NCBI GenBank assembly: GCA_963822445.1
Contig: CAWGHO010000003.1
Coordinates: forward strand, 672,001-736,000
Direction of reading: 5' to 3'
Length of the DNA stretch: 64,000 bases
DNA from: an uncultured Acidobacteriota bacterium
GTDB lineage: Bacteria > Acidobacteriota > Thermoanaerobaculia > Gp7-AA8
Shown piece after piece: positions 8,758 through 18,162 of the stretch (position 1 is the stretch's first letter; every line of letters begins with the position of its first letter). Position numbers and translations under genes: made by a program. Under the pieces are notes generated by a model. That model was not told the origin of the DNA, made no database searches, and saw only the letters and a list, made by a program, of their open reading frames with translations.

Positions 8758-9978
8758 ATGCGCCGATCAGTCCTCATTCTTCTCTCCGTCCTCACGTTGC
8801 TGTCCCCCGTGGCCGAAGCGGCGCGGCGCCGTTCGGTCGGTACGGCCGAGATCGTGGTCATCGGCGGTCTCTTTTCCCTCACCGGCGACGGCGCAACCCT
8901 CGGCCGGGCCAGTCAGGCCGCGCTGGAGATCGCCGCGGACGACATCAACGACGAGCTCGCGGCGCTTCGCCTCCCGTATCGCGTGCAGCCGTTGATCGTC
9001 GACACGCAGCTCAAGGCCAGCGTTGCCCAGGAGAAGATCGCCGAGTTGCACGAGGCCGGCGCGAGGTACGTCATCGGACCGCAATCGAGTGCCGAGGCGG
9101 GGGCGATTCTGTCGTTTGCGAACCAGTACGGCATCGTCCTGATCAGCCAGGGCAGCACCGCGTTCTCGCTGGCGATCCCGGACGACTACCTCTTTCGCCT
9201 CGCGCCGAACGATCGATTGGAAGGGGCGGCCATGTCCGCCGTCATGCGCGCTGATGGAATCGAGGTGGTCGTGCCCATCTGGCGCAACGACACCGGCAAC
9301 ACCGGCCTTCGCGACGGGGCGATGCAGTTTTTCGTGGCCGGCGGCGGCATCGTTCACGGCGGGGTTCCCTACGATCCGACGACTACCGATTTCACCGTGA
9401 CCGTCAACGCGCTCGGCGATGCCGTGCGCGCCGCGAAGAATGCAAACCCCGGCAAGCGTGTCGGCGTTTACATCGCCGCGTTCGAGGAAGGTGCGTCGAT
9501 CTTCGACCGCGCCCGACTCGATGCTGACCTGAGTGGTGCGCGCTGGTACGGTGGCGATGGATTGACGCAGAGTCAGGCTCTGCTTGCGAATCCGGCGGTG
9601 GCCGCGTTTGCCGCGGCGACGTCGTTCACGGCGCCGGCGGTCGGTCTCGGCGAGACGACTCGCGATCGGTGGGAGCCGCTGAGCGAAGCGATCGAAGCGC
9701 GCGTCGGATTTCTGCCTGACGCTTTCTCGCTGTCGGTCTACGACGCGGCCTGGGTGGCGATCCTGTCGCACATCGAAAGCCGCGGCCGTTCCGATCTGCG
9801 CCGCGAGTCCTTCGTCCGCAACGTGCAGCGTTACTGGGGCGTGACCGGCCCGACAGCGCTCGACGCCGCGGGCGACCGGAAGAACGCCGACTTTGATTTG
9901 TGGACCGTGCAGGAGACGGGGACGAAGATCGACTGGGTCCGCACCGCGCAGTACGTGAGCGGACGGCTGGTGCGCTGA
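8758..9978 (+). CDS. LivJ/LivK-type periplasmic substrate-binding protein (orphan)
   Basis: Signal peptide, IGGLFSLTG, VIGPQSS, YLFRLAPND, YDAAW, YWGVTG...DAAGDR motifs. Confidence 0.9.
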   Translation: MRRSVLILLSVLTLLSPVAEAARRRSVGTAEIVVIGGLFSLTGDGATLGRASQAALEIAADDINDELAALRLPYRVQPLIVDTQLKASVAQEKIAELHEAGARYVIGPQSSAEAGAILSFANQYGIVLISQGSTAFSLAIPDDYLFRLAPNDRLEGAAMSAVMRADGIEVVVPIWRNDTGNTGLRDGAMQFFVAGGGIVHGGVPYDPTTTDFTVTVNALGDAVRAAKNANPGKRVGVYIAAFEEGASIFDRARLDADLSGARWYGGDGLTQSQALLANPAVAAFAAATSFTAPAVGLGETTRDRWEPLSEAIEARVGFLPDAFSLSVYDAAWVAILSHIESRGRSDLRRESFVRNVQRYWGVTGPTALDAAGDRKNADFDLWTVQETGTKIDWVRTAQYVSGRLVR

Positions 9979-9989
9979 GGGAGGTCCGC

Positions 9990-10883
9990 ATGAAAACGAT
10001 CGCTTTGCTGATTGCGTTGCTCGCGTTGCCGCTGTCCGGCCAGGCCTCGCGCGGCAATCCGGACATGTCGTTCGGCGGCGAGACGGTCGACGCGATGATC
10101 GCCGCGTTCATGAAAGAGCACGACGTGGCCGGGATGGCTGTGGCGATCGTGCAGGCGCCGTACATCACTCGCGTCACGGGCTTCGGCGTCGCCGACAAGG
10201 ACCGCCGCACGCTCGTCGCTGACAACACCGTGTTCGATGTCGGGCAGATGAAGAACGCCTACACCGCGGTGGCGGTGATGCAGCTCGTGGAGATGGGCAA
10301 GTTGAAGCTCGAGGACGTCCGCGAGCCGCTTCGCACCGCCGACGCGTCGCTCGAACGGCTCGTGGAAAAAGCGAGCGGCATGACCTACGAGGACTTCGTC
10401 CGCAGGGAACAGTTCGAACGGATCGGGTTGAAGCACACGTTCTTCGGCGCCGATCTCGCTCGCGTACCTCGCGACCCGGCGAAGAAGTTCCTGAGCGAGC
10501 CGCGTTTCATCGATCCGACCGAAGCTGCCACCGGCTACGGCAAGAGCGTGAACGTGGAGCCGCGCGCGATCTACTCATCGGCGCGCGACATCAGCTTCTG
10601 GGACATCGCCCTGGCCGGCGAGATCCTGATCAAGGATCCAGCGCTGCGGAAGGTCCTCTACGTTCCCGGCGAGGCCAAGCGGGTGGGCGCGTGGAACTTT
10701 CCCGGACATCCCGGCCTGATGATCACCACCGGCAGCGGCAACGGGTTCTCGTCGCTCCTGAGCCGCTACACGGACCCGAGTGAGCTGGTGTGTGTGACGC
10801 TGCTGGCGAATCGCGAAGGTCTGGACCTTCACGCGCTTGCGCAGAAAATCGCTGCCGCGCACAACGGGAGACTGAAGCCTTAG
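9990..10883 (+). CDS. Beta-lactamase/serine hydrolase fold protein lacking the SxxK motif
   Basis: GGAGG RBS, signal peptide; VAGMAVAIV, GFGVAD, TVFDVGQMKNAYTAVAVMQLVEMGKL, LVEKASG. Confidence 0.85.
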   Translation: MKTIALLIALLALPLSGQASRGNPDMSFGGETVDAMIAAFMKEHDVAGMAVAIVQAPYITRVTGFGVADKDRRTLVADNTVFDVGQMKNAYTAVAVMQLVEMGKLKLEDVREPLRTADASLERLVEKASGMTYEDFVRREQFERIGLKHTFFGADLARVPRDPAKKFLSEPRFIDPTEAATGYGKSVNVEPRAIYSSARDISFWDIALAGEILIKDPALRKVLYVPGEAKRVGAWNFPGHPGLMITTGSGNGFSSLLSRYTDPSELVCVTLLANREGLDLHALAQKIAAAHNGRLKP

Positions 10884-10982
10884 TACGGCGGCCGTCCCGG
10901 CCGCATCCTGCCGGGCGTCTCGCCCGGCAGTCCAGCGCGGGGCGATACGCCCCGCGCGTCGCGGGCGGGACGCCCGCCGTAC
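10883..10982. repeat. REP-like multi-hairpin element with GTAC ends
   Basis: gtacggcggccgtcccggccgc...gcgggcgggacgcccgccgtac with internal hairpins; relatives at 34014, 40630 and 56895-57239. Confidence 0.8.
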
Positions 10983-10984
10983 GT

Positions 10985-12406
10985 TCACACCCGCACGTAT
11001 TCGTAATCCACCGGCATGTTGTTGATGCCGCGATCGGGCGGTGCGATCCAGCTCGCCACCTTCCCCGGCTCGAGCACCGCGTGCATCACCGACGCGACGA
11101 AGTTCTGGTCCTCGGGCGTCGGAATCCAGTTCGGCAGGCCCGCAGCGAATGCTTCCGGTGCGATCGGATTGCCGGCCGGATCGGTAGGCACGTTCGCCCA
11201 CGCGCCGACGGTGCGGCGGAAGCGCGGAGAGGGAAGGCGCAGCTCGAAATCAATGCCGGCCTTTTCGATGATCTTGTTCCAGCGCTTCACGCCGTTCTCG
11301 CAATCGCGGACGTACGCGACGCGCAGGATCTCGTTCATGGCATTGCGCTGAGAGACCGTCTCCGTCTTCACGCCGCCTTTGCCGTCCGGCACGTCCAGCG
11401 AGTAGTCGCCGTTCGCGATGTGATCGTCGTACAGCGATTCGTCGGGACGGCCCTTCAAGCCGTTCGCGAAGTAGCTCGCGGCATTCGACGAGATCTCCGA
11501 GCCGAACAGATCGAGCGCGGAGCTGAACCAGAAGTTCATGTACTTCTGAATCGTCGGCAGGTCGATTGCGCCGCCGGCGCGCACTTTCCGCGGATCGTCG
11601 GTCTTCAACTCGTTCATCACTTCGACCGAACGGCGCACCACCCGTCCGATGCCCGTGTCGCCCACGAACATGTGATGCGCTTCCTCGGTGAGCATGAACT
11701 GGCAGGTCCGCGCGAGCGGATCGAAGCCGCTCTCGGCCAGGGCCTTGAGCTGGAACTTGCCGTCGCGATCGGTGAAGTACGCGAACATGTAGAACGAGAG
11801 CCAGTCGTTGATCGGCTCGTTGAACGTCGAGAGGATGCGCGGCTTGTCCGCGTCGCCGGAGTGGCGCTCGAGCAGCCCTTCCGCTTCCTCGCGGCCGTCG
11901 CGGCCGAAGTAGGCATGGAGGAGGTAGACCATCGCCCAGAGGTGGCGGCCTTCCTCGACGTTGACCTGAAAGAGATTGCGGAGGTCGTACAGCGACGGCG
12001 CGCTCTGTCCGAGGGCTCGTTGCTGCTCGACGGATGCGGGCTCTGTGTCGCCCTGCGTGACGATGAGCCGCCGCAGCGTGGAGCGATGCTCGCCCGGCAC
12101 GACCTGCCAGGCCGGCTGGCCGATGTTGTCGCCGAAGCCGATGGTGCGGTCCTGCTTCTGATCGGCGAGGAAGATGCCCCAGCGGTACTCGGGCATCTTC
12201 ACCATCCCGAACGTCGCCCAGCCTTCCTTGTCCACCGAGGTTGCGGTGCGGAGATAGACGTCGTTGTTCTGGAAGATCGCGGGTCCGAGGTCCTTCCACC
12301 AGTCGAGAAAGCGCGGCTGCCAGTGCTCGAGGGCGCGCTGCAGCGTTTTGTTCGTCGAGAGATCGACGTTGTTGGGGATTTTGTCGTCGTAGTTGATTGC
12401 GGCCAT
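10985..12406 (-). CDS. boxB: Benzoyl-CoA 2,3-epoxidase subunit B
   Basis: KIPNNVDLS, VTQGDTEPASVEQQ, VNVEEGRHLWAM, MLTEEAHHM di-iron motifs. Confidence 0.97.
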   Translation of the reverse strand: MAAINYDDKIPNNVDLSTNKTLQRALEHWQPRFLDWWKDLGPAIFQNNDVYLRTATSVDKEGWATFGMVKMPEYRWGIFLADQKQDRTIGFGDNIGQPAWQVVPGEHRSTLRRLIVTQGDTEPASVEQQRALGQSAPSLYDLRNLFQVNVEEGRHLWAMVYLLHAYFGRDGREEAEGLLERHSGDADKPRILSTFNEPINDWLSFYMFAYFTDRDGKFQLKALAESGFDPLARTCQFMLTEEAHHMFVGDTGIGRVVRRSVEVMNELKTDDPRKVRAGGAIDLPTIQKYMNFWFSSALDLFGSEISSNAASYFANGLKGRPDESLYDDHIANGDYSLDVPDGKGGVKTETVSQRNAMNEILRVAYVRDCENGVKRWNKIIEKAGIDFELRLPSPRFRRTVGAWANVPTDPAGNPIAPEAFAAGLPNWIPTPEDQNFVASVMHAVLEPGKVASWIAPPDRGINNMPVDYEYVRV

Positions 12407-12409
12407 CGG

Positions 12410-14056
12410 TCAGACCCTTTCCCATCCAAACTTCGGTTTCGTCCCACTGCCGAACAGCTTCAGCGCGCCCTGCTCGCCGACGGCGTTCGGGCGGATGAAG
12501 ATCCAGTTCTGCCACGCCGAAAGACGGCCGAAGATCTTCGTGGCCACCGTCTCGCGTCCAGCGAAGCGGAGGCTCGCTTCCATTCCGGTCAGCGCGTCCG
12601 GCGAGAGACTCGCGCGCTCTTCGATTGCCAGGCGCAGCTCGTCTTCCCAATCCAGCTCGTCGGGAGCAAAGGTGATGAGCCCCCGCTCGATCGCCTCCTC
12701 GGCATCGAACGGCGTCTCTTTTCCGACTTCAGATGCGCCGCCGAAACGCGTCTCCAATCGCGTGACACCGTTGACCATCTTGTACGGCCCGAAGCCTGTG
12801 GTGAGCGAAGTCGAACCATTCATCGCGCTCAGCGCGACGCGCGGTCCGTTCTCTTCGGCGAGCAGCATGTACGAGCGATCCGCGGCCAGCGCGAGCTCAA
12901 ACAGCGTGCCGGCGAAACAGGAACCCTGATCGATGACTGCGTAAATGCTGCGGGAGGAAACGTCGAGTCTAGCGAAGGTGCGGCGAATGAAGCCGATCGT
13001 CTCGCGCACGAACCAGTGTTCCTTGTGCTGCTCGAGCGCGCGATCGATGCGCAGGACGTCGTCGATCTCGCCCTTCGTTTTCACGATCCAGATCCCGGCT
13101 TCACGCACGTTCGTGCGGAGGTGCAGGATGGCGTCGTCGAGCTCACGGGCCAGGGCCAGCGGCCACCACTGCGCGCCGCGGGCGACGATCGCGTCGATGT
13201 CGACCGCTTCATCGGCGGCCGGTGCGTTGACGGTGATGGTGATCGTCCGCGCCTCGGCATCGATCGCGACGTCGACATGCTCGTAATGCAGACCCGCTTC
13301 ATCGACGGTGCGCTTCAGCGGCGTCAAGGCGATGCCCTTCGCGTCTTTCGGGCGATCGGTCGAAGCTGCGAGTGCCTGCGCGCGCTCCTGGACTTTCTCG
13401 ACGAAGGAGCGCGGCGGCACGACTTCATCGACGAGACCCCAGGTCTTCGCTTTCGCTCCGCCGAATCCTTCCGCGGTCGTGCAGAAGACGTCGGCGAGAT
13501 CGCGGCGCACTTTGCGTTTGTCGACGAGCCGCGTCAGTCCACCCGTCCCGGGCAACACCGCCAGCAGCGGCACCTCGGGGAAGCTGACTGTCGACGAACG
13601 GTCATCGACTAGGACGATCTCGTCGCATGCGAGCGCGAGCTCGTATCCGCCGCCCGCCGCTGTGCCGTTGACCGCCGCGAGGAACTTCAAACCCGAGCTC
13701 TCGCTCGAATCCTCGATTCCGTTGCGGGTCTCGTTGGTGAACTTGCAGAAGTTCACCTTCGTGGCGTGGGAGGCCTTGCCGAGCATGTAGATGTTCGCGC
13801 CGGCGCAGAACATCCGCTCCTTCGCGCTCGCGAGCACGACCGCCCCGACCTCGGGATGCTCGAAGCGGATGCGGTCGAGCGCGTCGCGGAGCTCGATGTC
13901 CACGCCGAGGTCGTAGGAGTTGAGCTTCAGCTTGTAGCCTTCGTCGATGCCGCCGTCCTCGTTGACGTCGAGGGCGATGGTGGCCACGGGGCCGTCAAAG
14001 GTGAGCCGCCAGTGCTGGTAAGTGGCCGGGTCACGGTCGAATGTGATCATTGGCAC
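12410..14056 (-). CDS. boxC: 2,3-epoxybenzoyl-CoA dihydrolase
   Basis: GYKLKLNSYDLGVDIEL, VNFCKFTNETRNG, C-terminal FGRLSAWQNWIFIRPNAVG...WERV. Confidence 0.97.
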   Translation of the reverse strand: MPMITFDRDPATYQHWRLTFDGPVATIALDVNEDGGIDEGYKLKLNSYDLGVDIELRDALDRIRFEHPEVGAVVLASAKERMFCAGANIYMLGKASHATKVNFCKFTNETRNGIEDSSESSGLKFLAAVNGTAAGGGYELALACDEIVLVDDRSSTVSFPEVPLLAVLPGTGGLTRLVDKRKVRRDLADVFCTTAEGFGGAKAKTWGLVDEVVPPRSFVEKVQERAQALAASTDRPKDAKGIALTPLKRTVDEAGLHYEHVDVAIDAEARTITITVNAPAADEAVDIDAIVARGAQWWPLALARELDDAILHLRTNVREAGIWIVKTKGEIDDVLRIDRALEQHKEHWFVRETIGFIRRTFARLDVSSRSIYAVIDQGSCFAGTLFELALAADRSYMLLAEENGPRVALSAMNGSTSLTTGFGPYKMVNGVTRLETRFGGASEVGKETPFDAEEAIERGLITFAPDELDWEDELRLAIEERASLSPDALTGMEASLRFAGRETVATKIFGRLSAWQNWIFIRPNAVGEQGALKLFGSGTKPKFGWERV

Positions 14057-14072
14057 CTCAAAAACAAGACTC

Positions 14073-14086
14073 GGAACTATAATTCC
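14073..14086. promoter_or_regulatory. Putative BoxR operator upstream of boxC (GGAA-N6-TTCC)
   Basis: Near-palindrome cGGAACTATAATTCCg; inverted near-identical copy at 14909-14922. Confidence 0.6.
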
Positions 14087-14904
14087 GGTTTCCGTTCGAG
14101 CAACTCTCGGACCGACTCTTCGATCCGCTTTCCTGTCGTTTCCAGGGTGATGTCCGCCCGGCCGTAGAGCTCGCTGCGCTCGTCGAGGATGCGGCGGAGG
14201 TCGTCCATGGCCTGTTGGGATCCGGCCATCGGCCTGAGATCTCCCTGATCCAGAACCCGTTGCATGTGTTCCTCGGGCGTCGTCCGGACCCAGACCGTGA
14301 AGCAGCTGCGGAGCAGTAATTCATAGGTGGCGGTCTCAGAGACAAGACTGCCGCCGGTGGCGACGATGAAGCGAGGTTGCGACGCGAGCAGCTCCTGCAG
14401 GGCCTGCAATTCGTAGCGGCGGTAGGCCTGCTGGCCGTAGAGCTCGATGATCGAGCCGAGGGAGGTGCCGGAGAGGCGCTCGATCTCTTTGTCCAGCTCG
14501 AAAAAGGGGATTTCTAGCTCGTTCGCGGCCGCGGCGCCGATCGTGGTTTTGCCCGCGCCGCGGAGGCCGACCAGGGCGATGCGAGCGGCACGGCTCGGTT
14601 GGGCGACGCCCGAGGACGCCGCCGCGATCGCGGCGTGCGCTTCCTTCCATTGCTCGGGAGTCAGCCGCGCCAGAAACTCCTGCACCGTTTCCTCGGCGAC
14701 GAGCCGGCTCAGTGGAAGCCCGAGCGCGGCGGCGATGTGCCGGAGCAGGAGCAGGGAGACGTTGCCTTTTCCCGACTCGAGTTGGGTGAGATAGCGCTCG
14801 GAAATGCCAGCGTGATGGGCGAGGAGCTTCCGGCTCATCCCCCGGCGGGCGCGCTCGCCGCGGATGCGCTCACCGAATGCGCGGAGGAAGTCGGGATCCT
14901 GCAA
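14077..14904 (-). CDS. boxR: BoxR/BzdR-type regulator (XRE HTH plus shikimate-kinase-like domain)
   Basis: RGMSRKLLA...ISERYLTQLESGKGN HTH; RIALVGLRGAGKTT P-loop; adjacent to boxC. Confidence 0.92.
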   Translation of the reverse strand: MQDPDFLRAFGERIRGERARRGMSRKLLAHHAGISERYLTQLESGKGNVSLLLLRHIAAALGLPLSRLVAEETVQEFLARLTPEQWKEAHAAIAAASSGVAQPSRAARIALVGLRGAGKTTIGAAAANELEIPFFELDKEIERLSGTSLGSIIELYGQQAYRRYELQALQELLASQPRFIVATGGSLVSETATYELLLRSCFTVWVRTTPEEHMQRVLDQGDLRPMAGSQQAMDDLRRILDERSELYGRADITLETTGKRIEESVRELLERKPEL

Positions 14905-14908
14905 GATG

Positions 14909-14922
14909 CGGAATTATAGTTC
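14909..14922 (-). promoter_or_regulatory. Putative BoxR operator overlapping the TATAAT -10 of boxR
   Basis: cggaattatagttc; minus-strand TATAAT (14918-14913) lies 8 nt before the TTG start. Confidence 0.6.
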
Positions 14923-14950
14923 GGGCGCGGTGTGGTGCCTGCACCACACG

Positions 14951-15220
14951 TTACTTCGAGACGATCGTCCAGATGCCGATGGCGATGAACCCGACCCCGG
15001 CGATGGTCTTGAGCGCGCGGGGGGAGATCACCCGCTCGATCACGCCGCCGAGGAGGACGCCGAGGGCGGCGGCGAGGACGAGGGCAAGCGAGGCGGCGAG
15101 AAAGATCAGCCACTTGCTGGTGTCGCCCTTCGCGGCGAAGAGCATGGTGGCCAGCTGGGTCTTGTCGCCGATCTCGGCCAGGAAGACGGTGGTGAGGACG
15201 GTGAAGAAGGTGCGCCACAT
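14951..15220 (-). CDS. TMEM165/GDT1 (UPF0016) family single-domain membrane protein
   Basis: FLAEIGDKTQLA motif; three TM helices. Confidence 0.92.
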   Translation of the reverse strand: MWRTFFTVLTTVFLAEIGDKTQLATMLFAAKGDTSKWLIFLAASLALVLAAALGVLLGGVIERVISPRALKTIAGVGFIAIGIWTIVSK

Positions 15221-15285
15221 GAGGGGCGCAGCATGTCATGAAGATGCGAGCGGCGGCACCGCCGGCCGCCGCTCGCACATCGCGG

Positions 15286-15843
15286 CTAGAGGCTCGCGCT
15301 CCAGAGCACAGTGCCGCTGTTGCTGATGGCGACCAGCGACCGGGTCGGCGGGGCGTCGTCAGTCGCCGCCGGAGTGACGACCACGGCGTACGTGCCGCCG
15401 CTGTACGGCTCGAGGTCGGTGATGCGGCCGGTGATGTTCAACGTCCAGGCAGTCGCGCCGGAGGCCGTCGAGATCGCGGTGATCGTCGACGAGGCCGCGG
15501 CGTCGGTGCTGGAGTCGGACACGGACAGCAGGTTGCTGCCCGAGAGAACCAGCCGTCCGCGCCGGTTGGACAGCGTGGAAGTCCACAGCGTCGCACCGGT
15601 CGTGCTGATGGCCTTGATCTCCATGCTCGGTGACGGAGCCTGCAGGTCGCCCGGATCATCGGCGACCGCGAACACGGTGCCGTTGTCGGCTACGATCACG
15701 TTTCCACCCGGTCCGCGCTCCTCACCACCACCACCAGGACCACCCTGACCGGGCCGGCGTCCGCCACCCGGTGCGCCACCCTGCGCGAAGGCAGCGCCGG
15801 CAATCATCATCACTGCGAGAAAAGCAATCAGAACTCGTTTCAT
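15286..15843 (-). CDS. Secreted protein with Gly-rich N terminus and PQQ-like beta repeats
   Basis: AAGGAG RBS, ATG 15843, signal peptide; repeats AISTTGATLW, AISTASGATAW, AISNSGTVLW. Confidence 0.85.
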   Translation of the reverse strand: MKRVLIAFLAVMMIAGAAFAQGGAPGGGRRPGQGGPGGGGEERGPGGNVIVADNGTVFAVADDPGDLQAPSPSMEIKAISTTGATLWTSTLSNRRGRLVLSGSNLLSVSDSSTDAAASSTITAISTASGATAWTLNITGRITDLEPYSGGTYAVVVTPAATDDAPPTRSLVAISNSGTVLWSASL

Positions 15844-15880
15844 TTTGTGTGTTTCTCCTTTCAACGGGGAGATCACATAG

Positions 15881-15895
15881 ACAAGCGAGGTGCCA
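15881..15895 (-). promoter_or_regulatory. Putative sigma-54 -24/-12 promoter
   Basis: TGGCAC-CTCGC-TTGT on minus strand (consensus TGGCAC-N5-TTGC), close to a sigma-54 activator gene. Confidence 0.6.
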
Positions 15896-15927
15896 CGCAT
15901 GCCGCAGAGAGGAGCCGCGTCCGCGCC

Positions 15928-15965
15928 GCGTCGAAATGACGCGGCTGCGCGTGTCGCGATGACTC
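15928..15965. promoter_or_regulatory. Putative tandem activator binding sites
   Basis: GCGTCgaaatGACGC (15928-15942) and GTGTCgcgatGACTC (15951-15965), 23 bp apart. Confidence 0.45.
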
Positions 15966-15977
15966 GGCGTGGGCAAC

Positions 15978-16135
15978 AGGGGACGACCAAGGGCCTCCGG
16001 CGGGCCGGCCACGGGCCGGCAGGCGCTGGTTGTGCCTTCTGCCAAACTCGCGGTAGCTGGCGCGGATCGCGTTCACGCCAACATCAGCGCCTGCCGGCCC
16101 GCGGCCGGCCCGCCGGAGGCCTCCCGTCGTTCCCT
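15978..16135. repeat. About 155-bp long-inverted-repeat element, copy 2 (inverted)
   Basis: Core ggcgctggttgtgccttctgcc...tcgcgttcacgc is the reverse complement of copy 1. Confidence 0.85.
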
Positions 16136-16142
16136 GTCGCGT

Positions 16143-16799
16143 CTAGCCGGGCCGTCGCTGCGGCGGCTTCGGAGGCGGCGGCGTGTCGCGAGGCTCGCGG
16201 CGCGCGTCGTCATCGCGATCCTTGCCGCGACGATCCTCCTCGCCGCGATCGCGCGTCGGGTCCTCGCGGCGGCGATGCTCCGGCATCGGGCGCGTCGTGG
16301 GCGGTCGGCGCGGGCCGTGCGTCGATTCCTCGCCGGCGCGCACGAAGATCGGCTGCATCTGCAGCGGCGACTGGAGCTCCACGACACCCTCGTAGACATC
16401 GACTGTCGTGTTGCCGTTTGCATCGACGCGGACGTCGAATTGCGTGCCGCGCACGGCGAGCAAGGCTCCGGGCGTTTTGACCACTCGCGGTTCCGTGCCG
16501 GTGATCTTGTCGAAGGCGGCGCGGATCCGGCCCCGCTCGACGGAGAGGATCACGCCGGGTGTTCCATCGGCGAGCTTCACTTCCGTCGACCCGTAGATCT
16601 CGAACTTCGCGGCGTGATTCTCCGTGGCGATGCGGGCGTACGAAAACCAGCCCGTCTCCACCGAGTCGCCGCCCTTCGCGTGATCCCCTTTCGAGATCTG
16701 CGCGTCGTTCAGCTTCACCGTTCGCTTGATCTCATCGAACCGGTAGTCCTGCGCGAGGACGGGAAGCGCGAACAGCAATGCGATGAGCGTTGTCTTCAT
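16143..16799 (-). CDS. Secreted FecR domain protein
   Basis: Signal peptide; GDSVETG, VKTPGALLAVRGTQF, VDVYEGVV motifs; charged low-complexity tail. Confidence 0.9.
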   Translation of the reverse strand: MKTTLIALLFALPVLAQDYRFDEIKRTVKLNDAQISKGDHAKGGDSVETGWFSYARIATENHAAKFEIYGSTEVKLADGTPGVILSVERGRIRAAFDKITGTEPRVVKTPGALLAVRGTQFDVRVDANGNTTVDVYEGVVELQSPLQMQPIFVRAGEESTHGPRRPPTTRPMPEHRRREDPTRDRGEEDRRGKDRDDDARREPRDTPPPPKPPQRRPG

Positions 16800-16806
16800 G
16801 GGAGCC

Positions 16807-18162
16807 TCATTCGTCCAGTGAGATGTTCAACCGTTTGATCTTGCGGGCCAGCGTCTTCCGCTCGATGCCCAGAATGAATGCGGCCTGGGTCTGATTCCCG
16901 CCTGTTGCGCGGAGCACTGCCGCGATGTGCTTTTTCTCCGCGTCGTCGAGCGACGTCAGCTCGGCGGGTGGCGTAGCGGATTGAGGAACTGCGGCACCGT
17001 CTTCGCGCGGCGTCATCGCTCGCAGCGTGGCGGCCGCGGCGTCGGCGTCGGTCAAACCGCCGGAGTCGATGATCGTGCGGCGGATGACCTGCTCGAGCTG
17101 GCGCACGTTGCCTGGCCAGGATTGTGAGCCGAAGAGATCGAGCACTGCCTGCGACGGGCCGGGCACCGTGTCGCGCTTCAGCTCCGTGACCATGCGGCGC
17201 CGGAAGTGCTCGACGAGCATCGGAATGTCGGACCTTCGTTCGCGCAGCGGCGGAACGGGGATCTCGTAGCCGGCCAGCCGGTAGTAGAGATCCTCGCGAA
17301 ACGACCCCGCGGCGACCATGGCCTTCACGTCGCGATGCGTGGCGGCGATGAGCCTCACCGACACGCGATGGCTCCTTTCCGATCCGAGCGGCGTGACCGT
17401 GCCGTCCTGCAGAAAGCGCAGGAGCTTCACCTGAAAGGCGGGGGAGATGTCGCCGATCTCATCGAGGAACAGCGTGCCGCCGTCCGCGCGCGAGAGCGCT
17501 CCGCGGCGATCGGCGCGCGCATCGGTGAACGCGCCGCGCGTCGATCCGAAAAGCTCGCTTTCGAGCAGCGTGTCCGGAATCGCACCGCAGTTGATGGCCA
17601 CGAACGGGCCGGCGGCTCGGTCGCCGAGGTCGTGGATCGATTGGGCGACCAGTTCCTTGCCGCTGCCGCTCTCGCCGAGGATGAGCACGGGGACGTTGAG
17701 CGAGGCCACGCGCATCACCGCCTTGTACATCTCGATCATCGACGGATGCGTGCCGATCATGCGCGAATCGGGCGGCGCCTCGATCTCCACGTTCCGCGGC
17801 GCAGCCTTGCGCGATGCGGCGGCGACGCGCTCGATGAGCTCCGCCAGATCGAACGGCTTGGCGAGGTAGTCGAAGGCGCCGAAGCGTTGCGCCAGCGCCG
17901 TCGTTTCGATGCTGCCCCGCGCGGTCATGAGGATCACGCGCGGCGGGTCGTTGCGCTCGGAGATGGCCTTGAGCAGCGTCAGGCCGTCTTCGCCGGGCAT
18001 GTAGATGTCGCTGACGACGACGTCGACGCGATGCTCGCGCAACACGCGCAAAGCGCTCACCGCGTCGCCGGCGCGCAGCAGGCGATGGCCCACTTTTTCG
18101 AGCGCCATCGCCGCGCTTTCGCGAATCCCCTCGTCGTCATCGACGACCAGCACCGTCGCCAT
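16807..18162 (-). CDS. Sigma-54-dependent NtrC-family response regulator
   Basis: ATG 18162; VLVVDDD receiver, GESGSGKE, GAFTDA, TLFLDEIG, WPGNVRQL, Fis HTH. Confidence 0.95.
   Translation of the reverse strand: MATVLVVDDDEGIRESAAMALEKVGHRLLRAGDAVSALRVLREHRVDVVVSDIYMPGEDGLTLLKAISERNDPPRVILMTARGSIETTALAQRFGAFDYLAKPFDLAELIERVAAASRKAAPRNVEIEAPPDSRMIGTHPSMIEMYKAVMRVASLNVPVLILGESGSGKELVAQSIHDLGDRAAGPFVAINCGAIPDTLLESELFGSTRGAFTDARADRRGALSRADGGTLFLDEIGDISPAFQVKLLRFLQDGTVTPLGSERSHRVSVRLIAATHRDVKAMVAAGSFREDLYYRLAGYEIPVPPLRERRSDIPMLVEHFRRRMVTELKRDTVPGPSQAVLDLFGSQSWPGNVRQLEQVIRRTIIDSGGLTDADAAAATLRAMTPREDGAAVPQSATPPAELTSLDDAEKKHIAAVLRATGGNQTQAAFILGIERKTLARKIKRLNISLDE

Noticed and set aside
17520-17540. 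GAFTDA instead of GAFTGA
   Set aside because: Common functional variant in sigma-54 activators.
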